This document shows positions 19,560 through 29,357 of a stretch of DNA of 64,000 nucleotides, piece after piece. Below the pieces are notes generated by a model, which searched no databases, had not been told where the DNA came from, and was given only the letters and a program-made list of their open reading frames with translations. Source of the DNA: Fervidobacterium sp. (GTDB taxonomy: Bacteria; Thermotogota; Thermotogae; Thermotogales; Fervidobacteriaceae); contig JBMFNR010000001.1 in the NCBI GenBank assembly GCA_049970055.1, forward strand, positions 192,001 through 256,000, read 5' to 3'. The position numbers and the translations under genes are program-made. Every line of letters starts with the position of its first letter. Position 1 is the first letter of the stretch.

Positions 19560-19636
19560 GTGCCCGTAGCTCAACTGGATAGAGCGTCAGACTGCGGATC
19601 TGGAGGTTGTGGGTTCAAGTCCCGCCGGGCACGCCA
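19560..19636 (+). tRNA. tRNA-Arg(GCG)
   Basis: GTGCCCG/CGGGCAC acceptor stem, anticodon loop CT-GCG-GA (19592-19598), GGTTCAAGTCC, encoded CCA. Confidence 0.95.
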
Positions 19637-19668
19637 AGATTTTTCAGAGAGCTGGTATTTTTCTCATG

Positions 19669-19702
19669 AAGCTACACAAAAAATTGTGTAGCTTTTGTTT
19701 TT
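19669..19702 (+). terminator. Intrinsic terminator after the tRNAs
   Basis: AAGCTACACAA-AAAA-TTGTGTAGCTT followed by TTGTTTTT. Confidence 0.85.
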
Positions 19703-19778
19703 CTTTGTGGTATAATTTTAATGACTCCAATTCTTTACTTCGCGTTTTTCTTCGATAACTCCTTGGGAGGTCTACCTT

Positions 19779-21005
19779 GTGAAAAAAGCGATTATACTTG
19801 CTATAGGCAACGAATTAGTTGAAGGAATAATTGTCGATACGAATTCAAAATACTTAAGTCAGAAGCTGAAAAACATAGGTTATTATGTTATCAGAACAGA
19901 AACGGTTCCTGATGACTTTAATTTAGTTGTTCAGCGGGTCTCAATTGCTCTTACAGATGCTGATCTGGTTATTACAAGTGGCGGACTTGGACCTACTGAA
20001 GATGATTTAACAAGAGAAGCTGTTGCTTCTGCCTTTGGTAGAAAGCTTGTAAAAGACGATATGTTAGCACAAAAACTTGTTCAAAGGGCTTTAAATTACT
20101 ACAAAAAGGCCCCAGAGAGTGTTACGAAGCAAGCGATGGTTATAGAAGGCGCCGAGATTATCGATAATCCAGTTGGAACAGCACCAGGTCAAATTGTTAT
20201 TTACAATAACAAATACTTAATACTCCTGCCTGGTCCCCCTGCCGAATTAATTCCAACTTTTGAAAACGTTTTAAATAAAATAAAAACAGATGATGCGCTC
20301 TATACAAGAAGAGTAAAAACGATAGGTATTCCCGAAGCTGTATTAATGGATGAGAATAAGAACATCATATATTCAAACCCCAATATTAATGTTGCAACGA
20401 TGGCTTCGTATGAAAGGGGCGTTGAAGTACGTTTTACTGGTGCGTTGACTTTGAAAGAAGAAATAGACAAGATTGTTGATAATCTTCTAAAAAAACTTGG
20501 CGAGAACGTTTATGCTTTGGATGACGAAGAAATGAGCGATGTTGTTTACAAACTACTTTTAAATAATAAGTTAACCGCCTCGTTTGCAGAATCTTGTACA
20601 GGAGGTATGTTATCTTCAGCGCTTGTGGATATCCCGGGTGTTTCTACTGTCTTCAAAGGAAGTGTGGTGGCGTATTCAAATGAATCAAAGATAAACATTC
20701 TTGGAGTAAAACGTGAAACTTTGGAGCGTTTTGGGGCTGTGAGTGAAGAGTGCGTGATAGAGATGGCTCAAAATGCTAAAAGAATCTTTAACTCAGACTT
20801 TTCTGTTGCAGTTTCAGGGATTGCAGGTCCTTCTGGTGGAAGTAAAGAAAAGCCCATAGGAACAGTTTGTGTCGCTATCTGTGGCCCAAAAGGTACTTCT
20901 GCCTATACACATTACCTAAGAGGCGATAGGTATATTATTAGAAGAAGGTCAACCTTACTTGCTCTCGATTTGCTAAGGAGAGGGATCATTGAATGCCAAG
21001 GTTAA
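19779..21005 (+). CDS. cinA: CinA family protein (MoCF-like domain plus NMN deamidase PncC domain)
   Basis: IGNELVEG..VDTNS, SGGLGPTEDDLT, AESCTGG, SGIAGPSGG. Confidence 0.93.
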   Translation: MKKAIILAIGNELVEGIIVDTNSKYLSQKLKNIGYYVIRTETVPDDFNLVVQRVSIALTDADLVITSGGLGPTEDDLTREAVASAFGRKLVKDDMLAQKLVQRALNYYKKAPESVTKQAMVIEGAEIIDNPVGTAPGQIVIYNNKYLILLPGPPAELIPTFENVLNKIKTDDALYTRRVKTIGIPEAVLMDENKNIIYSNPNINVATMASYERGVEVRFTGALTLKEEIDKIVDNLLKKLGENVYALDDEEMSDVVYKLLLNNKLTASFAESCTGGMLSSALVDIPGVSTVFKGSVVAYSNESKINILGVKRETLERFGAVSEECVIEMAQNAKRIFNSDFSVAVSGIAGPSGGSKEKPIGTVCVAICGPKGTSAYTHYLRGDRYIIRRRSTLLALDLLRRGIIECQG

Positions 21006-21994
21006 AACACAAGTCTATGAGAGTAACGATAAAAGACGTAGCAGAGCTAGCTGGAGTAGGCGTAGGAACCGTATCAAGAGTTTTGAATAACAGTCCGCAT
21101 GTTGACACGTTGACGCGTCAAAAGGTTATAGAAGCTATAAAAGCACTGGGTTACGTGCCAAATCCACATGCACGGCGGTTATCAACTGGCGAGAGTAACC
21201 TTGTTACTGTGATAACACCTGAGATGAAAGGCGATTTTTATCAGATTCTGATTTCAGCCATCGACGAAGTACTTATAAAGTATGATTATTCCTCTTTACT
21301 TTACCCACTATATAATGAGAAAAAGTACGAAACCCTTAGAAGATCTTCCGACATATTACTTTCAACGGATGGGATTATAGTTGACGGTGTGAGTGTAGAT
21401 AAGATACTTAAAACGATAATTAATCCACAAACACCTATTGTCTGTATAGAGCAAGATTCAGAGGAGTACGATTCCGTTGTTGTTGACAATTACTACGGAG
21501 GCATATTAGCTGGAGATTACTTTTCGGACCTTGATATGGAGATTTTTGTTGTTACGCATAGAAAATCACATGAACTTGAAAGCACTGTCTTTGACGAAAG
21601 ACTGGAAGGATTTCAAGAATCACTTGAGAGAAAAGGTAGAAGTATAGATAAAATATACTATGTATCACTTGACTGGGAAAGTACATTTGAAGTTGCAAGA
21701 AGGATATTTTCAAGATACAAAAGGTGTGCAATATTTACAACCACAGATTACTTAGCAGTTCCAATTATAGAAGTTGCAAGAACTATGGAATTGAAAGTTG
21801 GACAAGATATCAAAGTTTGTGGTTTTGACGATTTACCAATTGCTCAGGTTTTGGAAATAACAACGATAAAACAACCAATATTCGAAATGGGTAAACTTGC
21901 GGCGGAATTACTTGTGAAGAGAATGAAGGGTAAGCTCAAAGATAAAGTAAAAAAGTATATACTAAAGCCAGAGCTTATTGTTAGGTCAACGTAA
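20993..21994 (+). CDS. LacI family transcriptional regulator
   Basis: TIKDVAELAGVGVGTVSRVLN HTH; GFDDL, TTIKQP, LIVRST. Confidence 0.93.
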   Translation: MPRLKHKSMRVTIKDVAELAGVGVGTVSRVLNNSPHVDTLTRQKVIEAIKALGYVPNPHARRLSTGESNLVTVITPEMKGDFYQILISAIDEVLIKYDYSSLLYPLYNEKKYETLRRSSDILLSTDGIIVDGVSVDKILKTIINPQTPIVCIEQDSEEYDSVVVDNYYGGILAGDYFSDLDMEIFVVTHRKSHELESTVFDERLEGFQESLERKGRSIDKIYYVSLDWESTFEVARRIFSRYKRCAIFTTTDYLAVPIIEVARTMELKVGQDIKVCGFDDLPIAQVLEITTIKQPIFEMGKLAAELLVKRMKGKLKDKVKKYILKPELIVRST

Positions 21995-22060
21995 GACCAA
22001 AAGAAAGGCGTTATAAAATCAAAACTAATTCAATACAAGTTATCAACAGGGGGAAAAGCA

Positions 22061-23023
22061 ATGTACATTGCAGTATTACTTGGTGGAATTTCAAAAGAGA
22101 GAGCAATATCGCTTAGGAGTGGAAAAAGAATAGCACAAGCGCTTAGAATTAAGGGCCACGTAGTAGATGAAATCGATGTGGGTCACGATTTTTTGCACCG
22201 TATTAATGAGATGAAGAAATACGATGCAATATTCAACATACTTCATGGTACGTTTGGAGAGGATGGTAGGATCCAATCACTCTTGGATTTTATAGGTGTA
22301 CCCTACACCGGAGCCGGTGTTGAAGCGAGTGTAATTGCCTTCGATAAGTACTTGTGTAACCTTTTTGTGGAGAACATAACCATTAAACAGTATGCTGATC
22401 AGGAAATCAAGAATATACTCAAGGTTCCTGAGTACATACTAATTAAAAAAGAAACTTACGATGTATCTACGCTAATTAATATACGTGAAGATATAGGGTT
22501 ACCGTGTGTTGTAAAACCGCGTAAGGAAGGCTCAAGTATCGGTACACATATTTGCTTTACCGAGGATGAACTTATAGCAGCGTTAAGTACGGAGTTAAAT
22601 AACTATGGTGAGGTTATTGTGCAAAAATATATCAAAGGTAGAGAGATCACCGTTTCAATAATAGATATAGATGGTCTTCCCACGGTACTTCCAATTTTAG
22701 AATTGAGACCCAAAAAGCTTTTTTACGATTACGAAGCAAAGTACACAGATGGAATGACTGAATTTATAATACCCGCTGAAATAGATAGGCAATTGACTGA
22801 GAAAATTGAGAAAGCTTCACTTGCGATTTATAAGTCACTTGGTTGCAGGCATTTTTCAAGAGTGGATGGAATCGCTAAGGATAACACTTTTTACTTTTTG
22901 GAAGTCAACACTCTACCTGGTATGACGGAATTAAGCGATTTGCCTATGTCGGCGAAAGCTTATGGAATATCTTTTGAAGACTTAGTTGATTTAATAATAA
23001 AATCCGCTGTGCTAAATAAATGA
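22061..23023 (+). CDS. ddl: D-alanine--D-alanine ligase
   Basis: GGISKERAISL, LHGTFGEDG, EGSSIG, YDYEAKY, EVNTLPGMT. Confidence 0.95.
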   Translation: MYIAVLLGGISKERAISLRSGKRIAQALRIKGHVVDEIDVGHDFLHRINEMKKYDAIFNILHGTFGEDGRIQSLLDFIGVPYTGAGVEASVIAFDKYLCNLFVENITIKQYADQEIKNILKVPEYILIKKETYDVSTLINIREDIGLPCVVKPRKEGSSIGTHICFTEDELIAALSTELNNYGEVIVQKYIKGREITVSIIDIDGLPTVLPILELRPKKLFYDYEAKYTDGMTEFIIPAEIDRQLTEKIEKASLAIYKSLGCRHFSRVDGIAKDNTFYFLEVNTLPGMTELSDLPMSAKAYGISFEDLVDLIIKSAVLNK

Positions 23024-23032
23024 GGTGTGGTT

Positions 23033-23956
23033 ATGATTCATATCGATGATAAAGAGCTTCAAGTAAGACAAAAAACAAACAGAATATCGATGTATATTTT
23101 AATTTCAATATTCATTGTTTTTTCGGTTCTTCTGGGAGTCATACTTGATTTGGTTATTGGAACGAAAGTTTTATTTACGATACTTTTTTCACTTTTTTCT
23201 CTTACACAGTTATTATTTGGGCTTTCTATAACAGGTAGTTTCATAGTAAGGATAATCGATGCAAAAAAATTGGATGATGATCACCTAAACCGTATACTTG
23301 AAGAGATTAAAGAGGAAACACAATATAGAAGTGATATAGCTTTGTTTGCCATAAAATCTCCGTCGATTAACGCTCTTACATTTGGAAGGTCGGAACATGG
23401 TCATAAACTCTGTATAACCACGGGTGCCATTGAGAAACTTCAATACGATGAACTAAAGGCAATATTGGCTCACGAAGTCTTTCATATAATTTCAAAGGAT
23501 ACTGACTATCTAACTACTGTCAGTGGCACATTTGGAAGTCCAATGCTTCTTTTTAAATTGTCAACAGCAGCTATAGAAAAAGTTGTAGAAAATAAAGGGA
23601 AAATTTCTCCAAGGGAATTCTACAAAGAACTTGGCTTATTTTCTTCCATTGCGATTGCCACAATCTTTCTTCTACCAATTTCAATTTTAACCAACGTATT
23701 TGTGAGCGTTAGAAAAGAATTTGATGCGGATGTTTTTGCGGCCGTCAAGACATCCAACGAGAGTGTTGTAAAGTTACTCCTTAAGACGAGAGAAAATTGC
23801 AAAAGCCTTGGCACAAACTATTTTTTCATGAGACACCTTTTCTTTGCAGATCCCAGTTGTAAAGATACGTTTAGAAAGATGAACAAAATCTTCGATGCTT
23901 ATCCAACTATAGAAGAACGAATCTCATTCATTGAAGGTATTAATTCTAAAAAATAG
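23033..23956 (+). CDS. M48 family (HtpX-like) membrane zinc metalloprotease
   Basis: NALTFG, ELKAILAHEVFH (HExxH), EFDAD, YPTIEERI. Confidence 0.85.
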   Translation: MIHIDDKELQVRQKTNRISMYILISIFIVFSVLLGVILDLVIGTKVLFTILFSLFSLTQLLFGLSITGSFIVRIIDAKKLDDDHLNRILEEIKEETQYRSDIALFAIKSPSINALTFGRSEHGHKLCITTGAIEKLQYDELKAILAHEVFHIISKDTDYLTTVSGTFGSPMLLFKLSTAAIEKVVENKGKISPREFYKELGLFSSIAIATIFLLPISILTNVFVSVRKEFDADVFAAVKTSNESVVKLLLKTRENCKSLGTNYFFMRHLFFADPSCKDTFRKMNKIFDAYPTIEERISFIEGINSKK

Positions 23957-23968
23957 GGGTGTTTTGAG

Positions 23969-24526
23969 TTGCCAAATTTGGTATTTCATCTAAGGTTTGG
24001 AATGATTTCATATCCGTTCTATTTAGCAATTTATTCTTTTTTATCAAAGTTGCTCAACAAGACATTTTCACCATCGATCCTTGATGTTGCTATAAGTTAT
24101 CTACTCTACATCGTTGGAAGTGATTTACCAGACTTTGATAGTAATAACGCACCATTACGGAGTTTTACAAAAGCACTATCCCTTGGATTTTCCATATACA
24201 TATTTACTAATTTTTTAAGCGAAAAGCTTACCTCTTTACCGCAAATAAGCATACCTGAAGTACTGTTATTGCCGTTTTCAGTTTCAATATCTATGCTAAT
24301 TGGTGCAGGATTAATAAACCTTTTTTTATCTATGCCGATATTTTCGCACAGAGGTTTTGCACACTCAATAACCTTTGCTTCCATTTATGGGCTTTTGGTT
24401 TATCTGTTTTCAACAAGTAAAAGCAAAAATGCGTTATTTTTAGGAATAAGCGCTTTTGCTGGTGTCATGAGTCACATGATAGCTGATTACAAAGACAAGC
24501 CGAGTAAGATTTTCAAGTTATGGTAG
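23969..24526 (+). CDS. Membrane-bound metal-dependent hydrolase (YdjM-like)
   Basis: GSDLPDFD, HRGFAHS, SHMIAD motifs with TM helices. Confidence 0.8.
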   Translation: MPNLVFHLRFGMISYPFYLAIYSFLSKLLNKTFSPSILDVAISYLLYIVGSDLPDFDSNNAPLRSFTKALSLGFSIYIFTNFLSEKLTSLPQISIPEVLLLPFSVSISMLIGAGLINLFLSMPIFSHRGFAHSITFASIYGLLVYLFSTSKSKNALFLGISAFAGVMSHMIADYKDKPSKIFKLW

Positions 24527-24562
24527 TCTGAAGAAATTTTGAAAACTTGAGGAGGGATTTAT

Positions 24563-25072
24563 GTGAAGTTTCTTGATGGTGTAAATGTTACATATATTAG
24601 AAAAAGCGAAAAATCGAATTATTCAAAAATATTGAAAGAAATATCAAAAATGACAACAAACCTTGATTTTGAAGCTGTTAATGGTAAACATTTTGGGCGT
24701 TATAGGATAGAATTTTACGAACCAACGGACAAAATTCCAACGATGAAAGTTATAGGTTTCATCACACATGAAAATCCATTGGATTGGTTAATGGAGCAAG
24801 ACAATCAGTCAGAAATAAAATTTGATGAATCTATCCATGTTGTAGATACGGAGGTTCTTGAAGTATCAAAAGATGATGTTATTACAACAGTTATAGTTGA
24901 GCAATTTAAAGTTTACTCCATAGTTAATAAAGAAAAATCCAAAGACCTTACAATAAATGAGCTTGTTAAAATTACGTTGAAAAAAGTTTTTGAGGTGTAC
25001 TTTGATATGGAGTTCAACGAAGGGGAATATGAGATAGAAATACAGCCAGAACTGACGGACTATTTTATGTAA
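24563..25072 (+). CDS. Thermotogae conserved protein, DUF3855-like
   Basis: Recalled resemblance to the Thermotoga DUF3855 family (GR..I, NELV...K..FE, GEY...Q); strong RBS. Confidence 0.5.
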   Translation: MKFLDGVNVTYIRKSEKSNYSKILKEISKMTTNLDFEAVNGKHFGRYRIEFYEPTDKIPTMKVIGFITHENPLDWLMEQDNQSEIKFDESIHVVDTEVLEVSKDDVITTVIVEQFKVYSIVNKEKSKDLTINELVKITLKKVFEVYFDMEFNEGEYEIEIQPELTDYFM

Positions 25073-25074
25073 GG

Positions 25075-25118
25075 AAAAAATAATTCCCACGTATGTACAT
25101 GCGTGGGAACTATTTTTT
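25075..25118. terminator. Bidirectional terminator
   Basis: TTCCCACGTAT-GTAC-ATGCGTGGGAA flanked by A and T tracts, between convergent genes. Confidence 0.85.
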
Positions 25119-25126
25119 AACTTCGA

Positions 25127-26194
25127 TTAATCGGGAATTATCTTTGCTACTTCGGGTATTATCTCTACGCTAACTTGTTTACCCTCAAATAATCCTCTGT
25201 CAAACGGTGGTAACATTTTTACCATGATTTCACCGTACTCTGTATCTAAGTAGTATTCAGTGTAATTACCAAGATACACGATAGTTTTTATGGTTCCAAC
25301 AATGGGTCCGTCTGTAGATATCTTCAACCCTTCTGGTCTACAACCAAGTATATATTTATTTGCAATAGAAGTTGGCACGGATGGAATTTTGTATACTTTC
25401 TCCCTAAGCTTAATCACTGTTTGATCAGATCTAGTTTCTACGATATCTATTGGGAAGAAATTTATTTTTCCCATAAACTCTGCGGTAAATTTACTAACGG
25501 GTTTTTCATATATTTCTTCAGGGGTCCCAATTTGTTCTATCTTCCCTTTATTCATTAAAACGATTCTATCTGAAAGTGTTAGTGCTTCTGTTCGATCATG
25601 GGTAACGTATATTGCGGTGATACCAACTTCTTTTTGTATTCTTTTTATCTCAACTCTCATTTGTTCCCTCAAAAGCACATCAAGGTTAGACAACGGTTCA
25701 TCAAATAAAAGTACCGAAGGTTCAACGACGAGAGCTCTTGCCAAAGCTACTCTTTGTTGTTGACCACCAGACAAACTTGATGGTGATCTTTCTCCGTAAC
25801 CTTCCAAACCCACAGTTTTTAGTATTCTTTCGACCTTTCTCTCGATTTCTTCTTTTGGTACTTTTCTCATCTTCAAACCATATGCAATGTTTTCTTTAAC
25901 ATTCATATGTGGAAAGAGACCATAACTTTGAAATACCATCGCCGTGTCTCTTTTCCATGGTGGTATTTCAACAACGTTTACATCATTTATCAATATGTGT
26001 CCGTAAGTAGGTTTCTCGAAACCTGCTATCATTCTCAAAGTGGTTGTTTTTCCACACCCTGAAGGTCCGAGCAAAGTAACAAACTCCCCGGGCTTTACAT
26101 CAAAAGTCACGTTGTCAACAGCTCTTATTTCTCTTCCCTTGTGATCTTTAAATGTTTTAGATACGTGCTCAAACTTCAAGGAAACTTGCTTCAC
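25127..26194 (-). CDS. ABC transporter ATP-binding protein (FbpC/AfuC-like)
   Basis: GPSGCGKTT, LSGGQQQRVALAR, LLFDEPLSNLD, C-terminal TOBE-like region. Confidence 0.92.
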   Translation of the reverse strand: MKQVSLKFEHVSKTFKDHKGREIRAVDNVTFDVKPGEFVTLLGPSGCGKTTTLRMIAGFEKPTYGHILINDVNVVEIPPWKRDTAMVFQSYGLFPHMNVKENIAYGLKMRKVPKEEIERKVERILKTVGLEGYGERSPSSLSGGQQQRVALARALVVEPSVLLFDEPLSNLDVLLREQMRVEIKRIQKEVGITAIYVTHDRTEALTLSDRIVLMNKGKIEQIGTPEEIYEKPVSKFTAEFMGKINFFPIDIVETRSDQTVIKLREKVYKIPSVPTSIANKYILGCRPEGLKISTDGPIVGTIKTIVYLGNYTEYYLDTEYGEIMVKMLPPFDRGLFEGKQVSVEIIPEVAKIIPD

Positions 26195-26211
26195 TTACGA
26201 ATCACCTCAAC

Positions 26212-28353
26212 TTATTGAACAATTGTTTTTTCTAAATATTCGCTCTTTTTCACAAGTAATCTGAGTAATCCAAATATCGTAAGTATTATTATTATCAACG
26301 TTGATGAGAGAACACTTGCTAGTCCAAATCTTAAATTTTCTGAAAAATTATAAATTAGCATTGTTATGTGATACCATTTTGCAGATATGAGAAATACAAC
26401 AGCACTAACAGCAGTCATTGATCTTACGAACGTATACGAAAGGCTCGAAATGAATGCTGGTCTTATGAGTGGTAAGATTATTGTAGAGAACACAGTTTGT
26501 GGATTTGCGCCAAGGTTTTGTGCTGCCTCCTCAATTGATGCATCTATCTGCTTTAGCGTTGCGACACCCCCCTCGACCCCCACGGGTAATTCCCTTATAA
26601 CATAGTTGATAACGATAATAGCAGCCGTTCCAACTAAGATAATAGGAGGCTTGTTAAAAGCAATTACATAGCTAATTCCTATCAATGTGCCAGGTATGGA
26701 GAATGGTAGTAGCACGAGTCCTTGAAGAAGTTTTTTCCCGGGAAATTTTTTTCTGACAATCAAAAATGCAACTACCATAGAAAAGACTCCGGCTATTGGC
26801 ATAGCTACAATTGCAAGTAATGTTGTATCCATAAGTGCATCTTTTCCACGTTGCAATGCTTCCTTTATATTTGCGGTAGTAAAGGTGTAGTCAATTCCCC
26901 AGTTTTTGACGAAGCATCCCATAAATATCGTTGAGTAAAGTCCTAATAAGAATATCGATATCAAATACACTAATACGGTAAGGATAGCCCTTGTTTTAGG
27001 ACTAACTATTTCAACTATTCTACCGCTTGGTTTACCCGTTACGGTTACATAAGATTTTTTGTTGACTACATACCTTTGTAAATAGAAAGCAGTCAGTGTG
27101 GGAAGCAACAAAAGAAGTGACAGAGCAGCTCCTCTGTCCAATCTATTCATACCGGTGACTTCTAGGTAAGACGTGACAGAAAGCACGTTGAACTTCCCGC
27201 CAAGCATTAACGGGTTTGCGAAGTCTGCTATAGAATTTGTAAAAACTAAAAGCCAAGAGCTAAGTAATCCAGGTATAGAAAGTGGTAAAGTAACAGTAGA
27301 AAAGACTTTCAATCTGCTTGCACCAAGGTTCATGGAAGCTTCTTCCAAAGTGCTATCTATTGATTCCAGCACACCAACCATAGTTAGGTATGCTATTGGA
27401 AACATTCCCATTGTTTGAGCTATGACAAGCCCATCAAGGCCGTAAATGTCCCAGTTGATTTTTAGAAGTTGCTTTGTAATCAAACCATTTGATCCAAAAA
27501 GAAGAATCAAAGATAGGGTTAACGAGAATGGTGGTGATATGACAGGTAATGTAGCCAAAGTTGAAATGAACCGTTTGCCTTTGATACTTGTCCTGGTTAC
27601 AATAAAAGCGAACAAAAACCCAATTATTGTTGAGATTGTAGCTGTTAAAGTACCAAGTAGAATGCTGTTCAAAAATGCCGTTATATAACTTTTTTCGATT
27701 AAAATTGATTTCCAAACATCGAGTGTAAATCTACCTTCCTTTATTAATGTCAACCGTGCGGCTTCGTACAAAGGATAGGCAACAAATACAAGAACTACGA
27801 CAAACGTTACGATTATAGCATAAGTGGTTACTGAATCAACCGAAAATGTTGCTATTGAAAACCCAGTTATAAGTAATAGAAAAATTAAGACAAACATTAT
27901 GTCTATTGTTTGTGCTAGCTTTATTATGTCTGAAGCATCGTGAAGTTGAACCATCACGGCTTTAACTTCGTAATCTTTGACAATAGGTGTGAAGATAGCA
28001 AAATATTTTTTACCATTAATAGTTAACATTTTTGATGATGTATATATTTCCTCATAAATTGCATGCTCTTCTCCGTAAGAAAAGTCTGGCAATTGCCTTA
28101 CAAGTTTTCCGATACCATTAGCGCTTTCTTTTTGGTTTCCTTCAAAATCGTAAATATAATATTCCATATCAGGATAAGTTTTTTCAGGAACTTGGAGACC
28201 CATACTGGCTATTGAATTTGCAAGCTTAGTCAAATTCTCCCGCGTAATGCGGGAGAATTCGTTTTTTATAGTTGTTCTAACCCAAAAGAGAATTACAAAG
28301 AGTATTAGTCCAATCGCCATGAGCTTAACTATTTTCCAATTTCTTTGTTCCAT
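26212..28353 (-). CDS. FbpB/AfuB-like ABC permease with an extra N-terminal TM-Cache-like-TM module
   Basis: Two EAA loops (LEEASMNLGAS, IEEAAQNLGAN); about 170 extra N-terminal residues. Confidence 0.85.
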   Translation of the reverse strand: MEQRNWKIVKLMAIGLILFVILFWVRTTIKNEFSRITRENLTKLANSIASMGLQVPEKTYPDMEYYIYDFEGNQKESANGIGKLVRQLPDFSYGEEHAIYEEIYTSSKMLTINGKKYFAIFTPIVKDYEVKAVMVQLHDASDIIKLAQTIDIMFVLIFLLLITGFSIATFSVDSVTTYAIIVTFVVVLVFVAYPLYEAARLTLIKEGRFTLDVWKSILIEKSYITAFLNSILLGTLTATISTIIGFLFAFIVTRTSIKGKRFISTLATLPVISPPFSLTLSLILLFGSNGLITKQLLKINWDIYGLDGLVIAQTMGMFPIAYLTMVGVLESIDSTLEEASMNLGASRLKVFSTVTLPLSIPGLLSSWLLVFTNSIADFANPLMLGGKFNVLSVTSYLEVTGMNRLDRGAALSLLLLLPTLTAFYLQRYVVNKKSYVTVTGKPSGRIVEIVSPKTRAILTVLVYLISIFLLGLYSTIFMGCFVKNWGIDYTFTTANIKEALQRGKDALMDTTLLAIVAMPIAGVFSMVVAFLIVRKKFPGKKLLQGLVLLPFSIPGTLIGISYVIAFNKPPIILVGTAAIIVINYVIRELPVGVEGGVATLKQIDASIEEAAQNLGANPQTVFSTIILPLIRPAFISSLSYTFVRSMTAVSAVVFLISAKWYHITMLIYNFSENLRFGLASVLSSTLIIIILTIFGLLRLLVKKSEYLEKTIVQ

Positions 28354-29315
28354 CTTTCAACTAACCTCTCTCTATTTTGAGCTTCCCAAAGTAAATCTTG
28401 TTGTATCAGGTTTATATCTTCTATTTTGTACACAAGCTTATTCTTGGGAGCTTTTGGTGAAAGTGGTATAACATACCAACTTGCAATTATTGCCTGTGCT
28501 TTATCACTGAGTATCCAATTGTAAAGTTTTTTTGCTTCAAGAGGTTCTTTACCTCCTTTTATAAGAGACATAGCAGCAATTTCATATCCGGTCCCCTCTT
28601 TTGGAAGAGTAATGACTATTGGAGCCCCTTCTTTCTGGAGTTTTATTAAATCATGAAGGTATCCAATAGCTATTGCTGTTTCGCCGATAGCACAATCTTT
28701 GCCTGGTGCTGAACCAGACTTAGTGTACATATTAACGTTTGCATCAAGTCTTTTTAGATAATCAAAGACTCTGTCTTCATCTTTTTTGTAAATGTTAACA
28801 AGTGTTGTAATAACATTGTAAGCTGTTCCAGACGTATTTGGATTTGCCATTCTTATCAAGCCTTTATATTCTGGTTTAAGTAGATCGGCCCAACTTGTTG
28901 GTGGATTGATGCCAAGTTCTTTAGCTTTGTTTTTGTTTGTCGCAAATGCAAGAGGTCCAACGTACAGTCCAATCCAGTAGCCATCAGGATCTTTGAATTT
29001 TGGATCGATAAACTGGCTATAGGGAGCTTTGTATGGAGTTGTTAAACCTTTCAACTTGGCTTCAACATGGAAAACTCCTACGCCACCAACCCATATAGAT
29101 GCTTGAGGATTGTTCTTTTCTGCCTCTAGTCTTGCTATTACTTCACCGGTGGATAACCTAACCCAATTAACTTTGATACCTGTTTCCTTTTCAAATTCCG
29201 CAAATAAGACTTTTGCCAAAGGTTCTTCAAGTGTTGTGTATGCGTTTACGTAATTGGCCGCAAAGACGACCAATGCTGAGAGAAATAATACTGCTAAAAT
29301 CACATATTTTCTCAT
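28329..29315 (-). CDS. ABC substrate-binding protein, AfuA-like (possibly sugar-phosphate)
   Basis: Signal peptide; RLSTGE, PTSWADLL, NPNTSGTAY, YTKSG, YLHD, EGTGYE. Confidence 0.8.
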   Translation of the reverse strand: MRKYVILAVLFLSALVVFAANYVNAYTTLEEPLAKVLFAEFEKETGIKVNWVRLSTGEVIARLEAEKNNPQASIWVGGVGVFHVEAKLKGLTTPYKAPYSQFIDPKFKDPDGYWIGLYVGPLAFATNKNKAKELGINPPTSWADLLKPEYKGLIRMANPNTSGTAYNVITTLVNIYKKDEDRVFDYLKRLDANVNMYTKSGSAPGKDCAIGETAIAIGYLHDLIKLQKEGAPIVITLPKEGTGYEIAAMSLIKGGKEPLEAKKLYNWILSDKAQAIIASWYVIPLSPKAPKNKLVYKIEDINLIQQDLLWEAQNRERLVERWNKEIGK

Positions 29316-29357
29316 ACCCCACACCTCCTACTCGTAGGATTATAGGTTTAGTAAAAT

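Noticed and set aside
19341..19700. tRNAs as integration sites of a genomic island
   Set aside because: No integrase or duplicated tRNA 3' end noticed in the window
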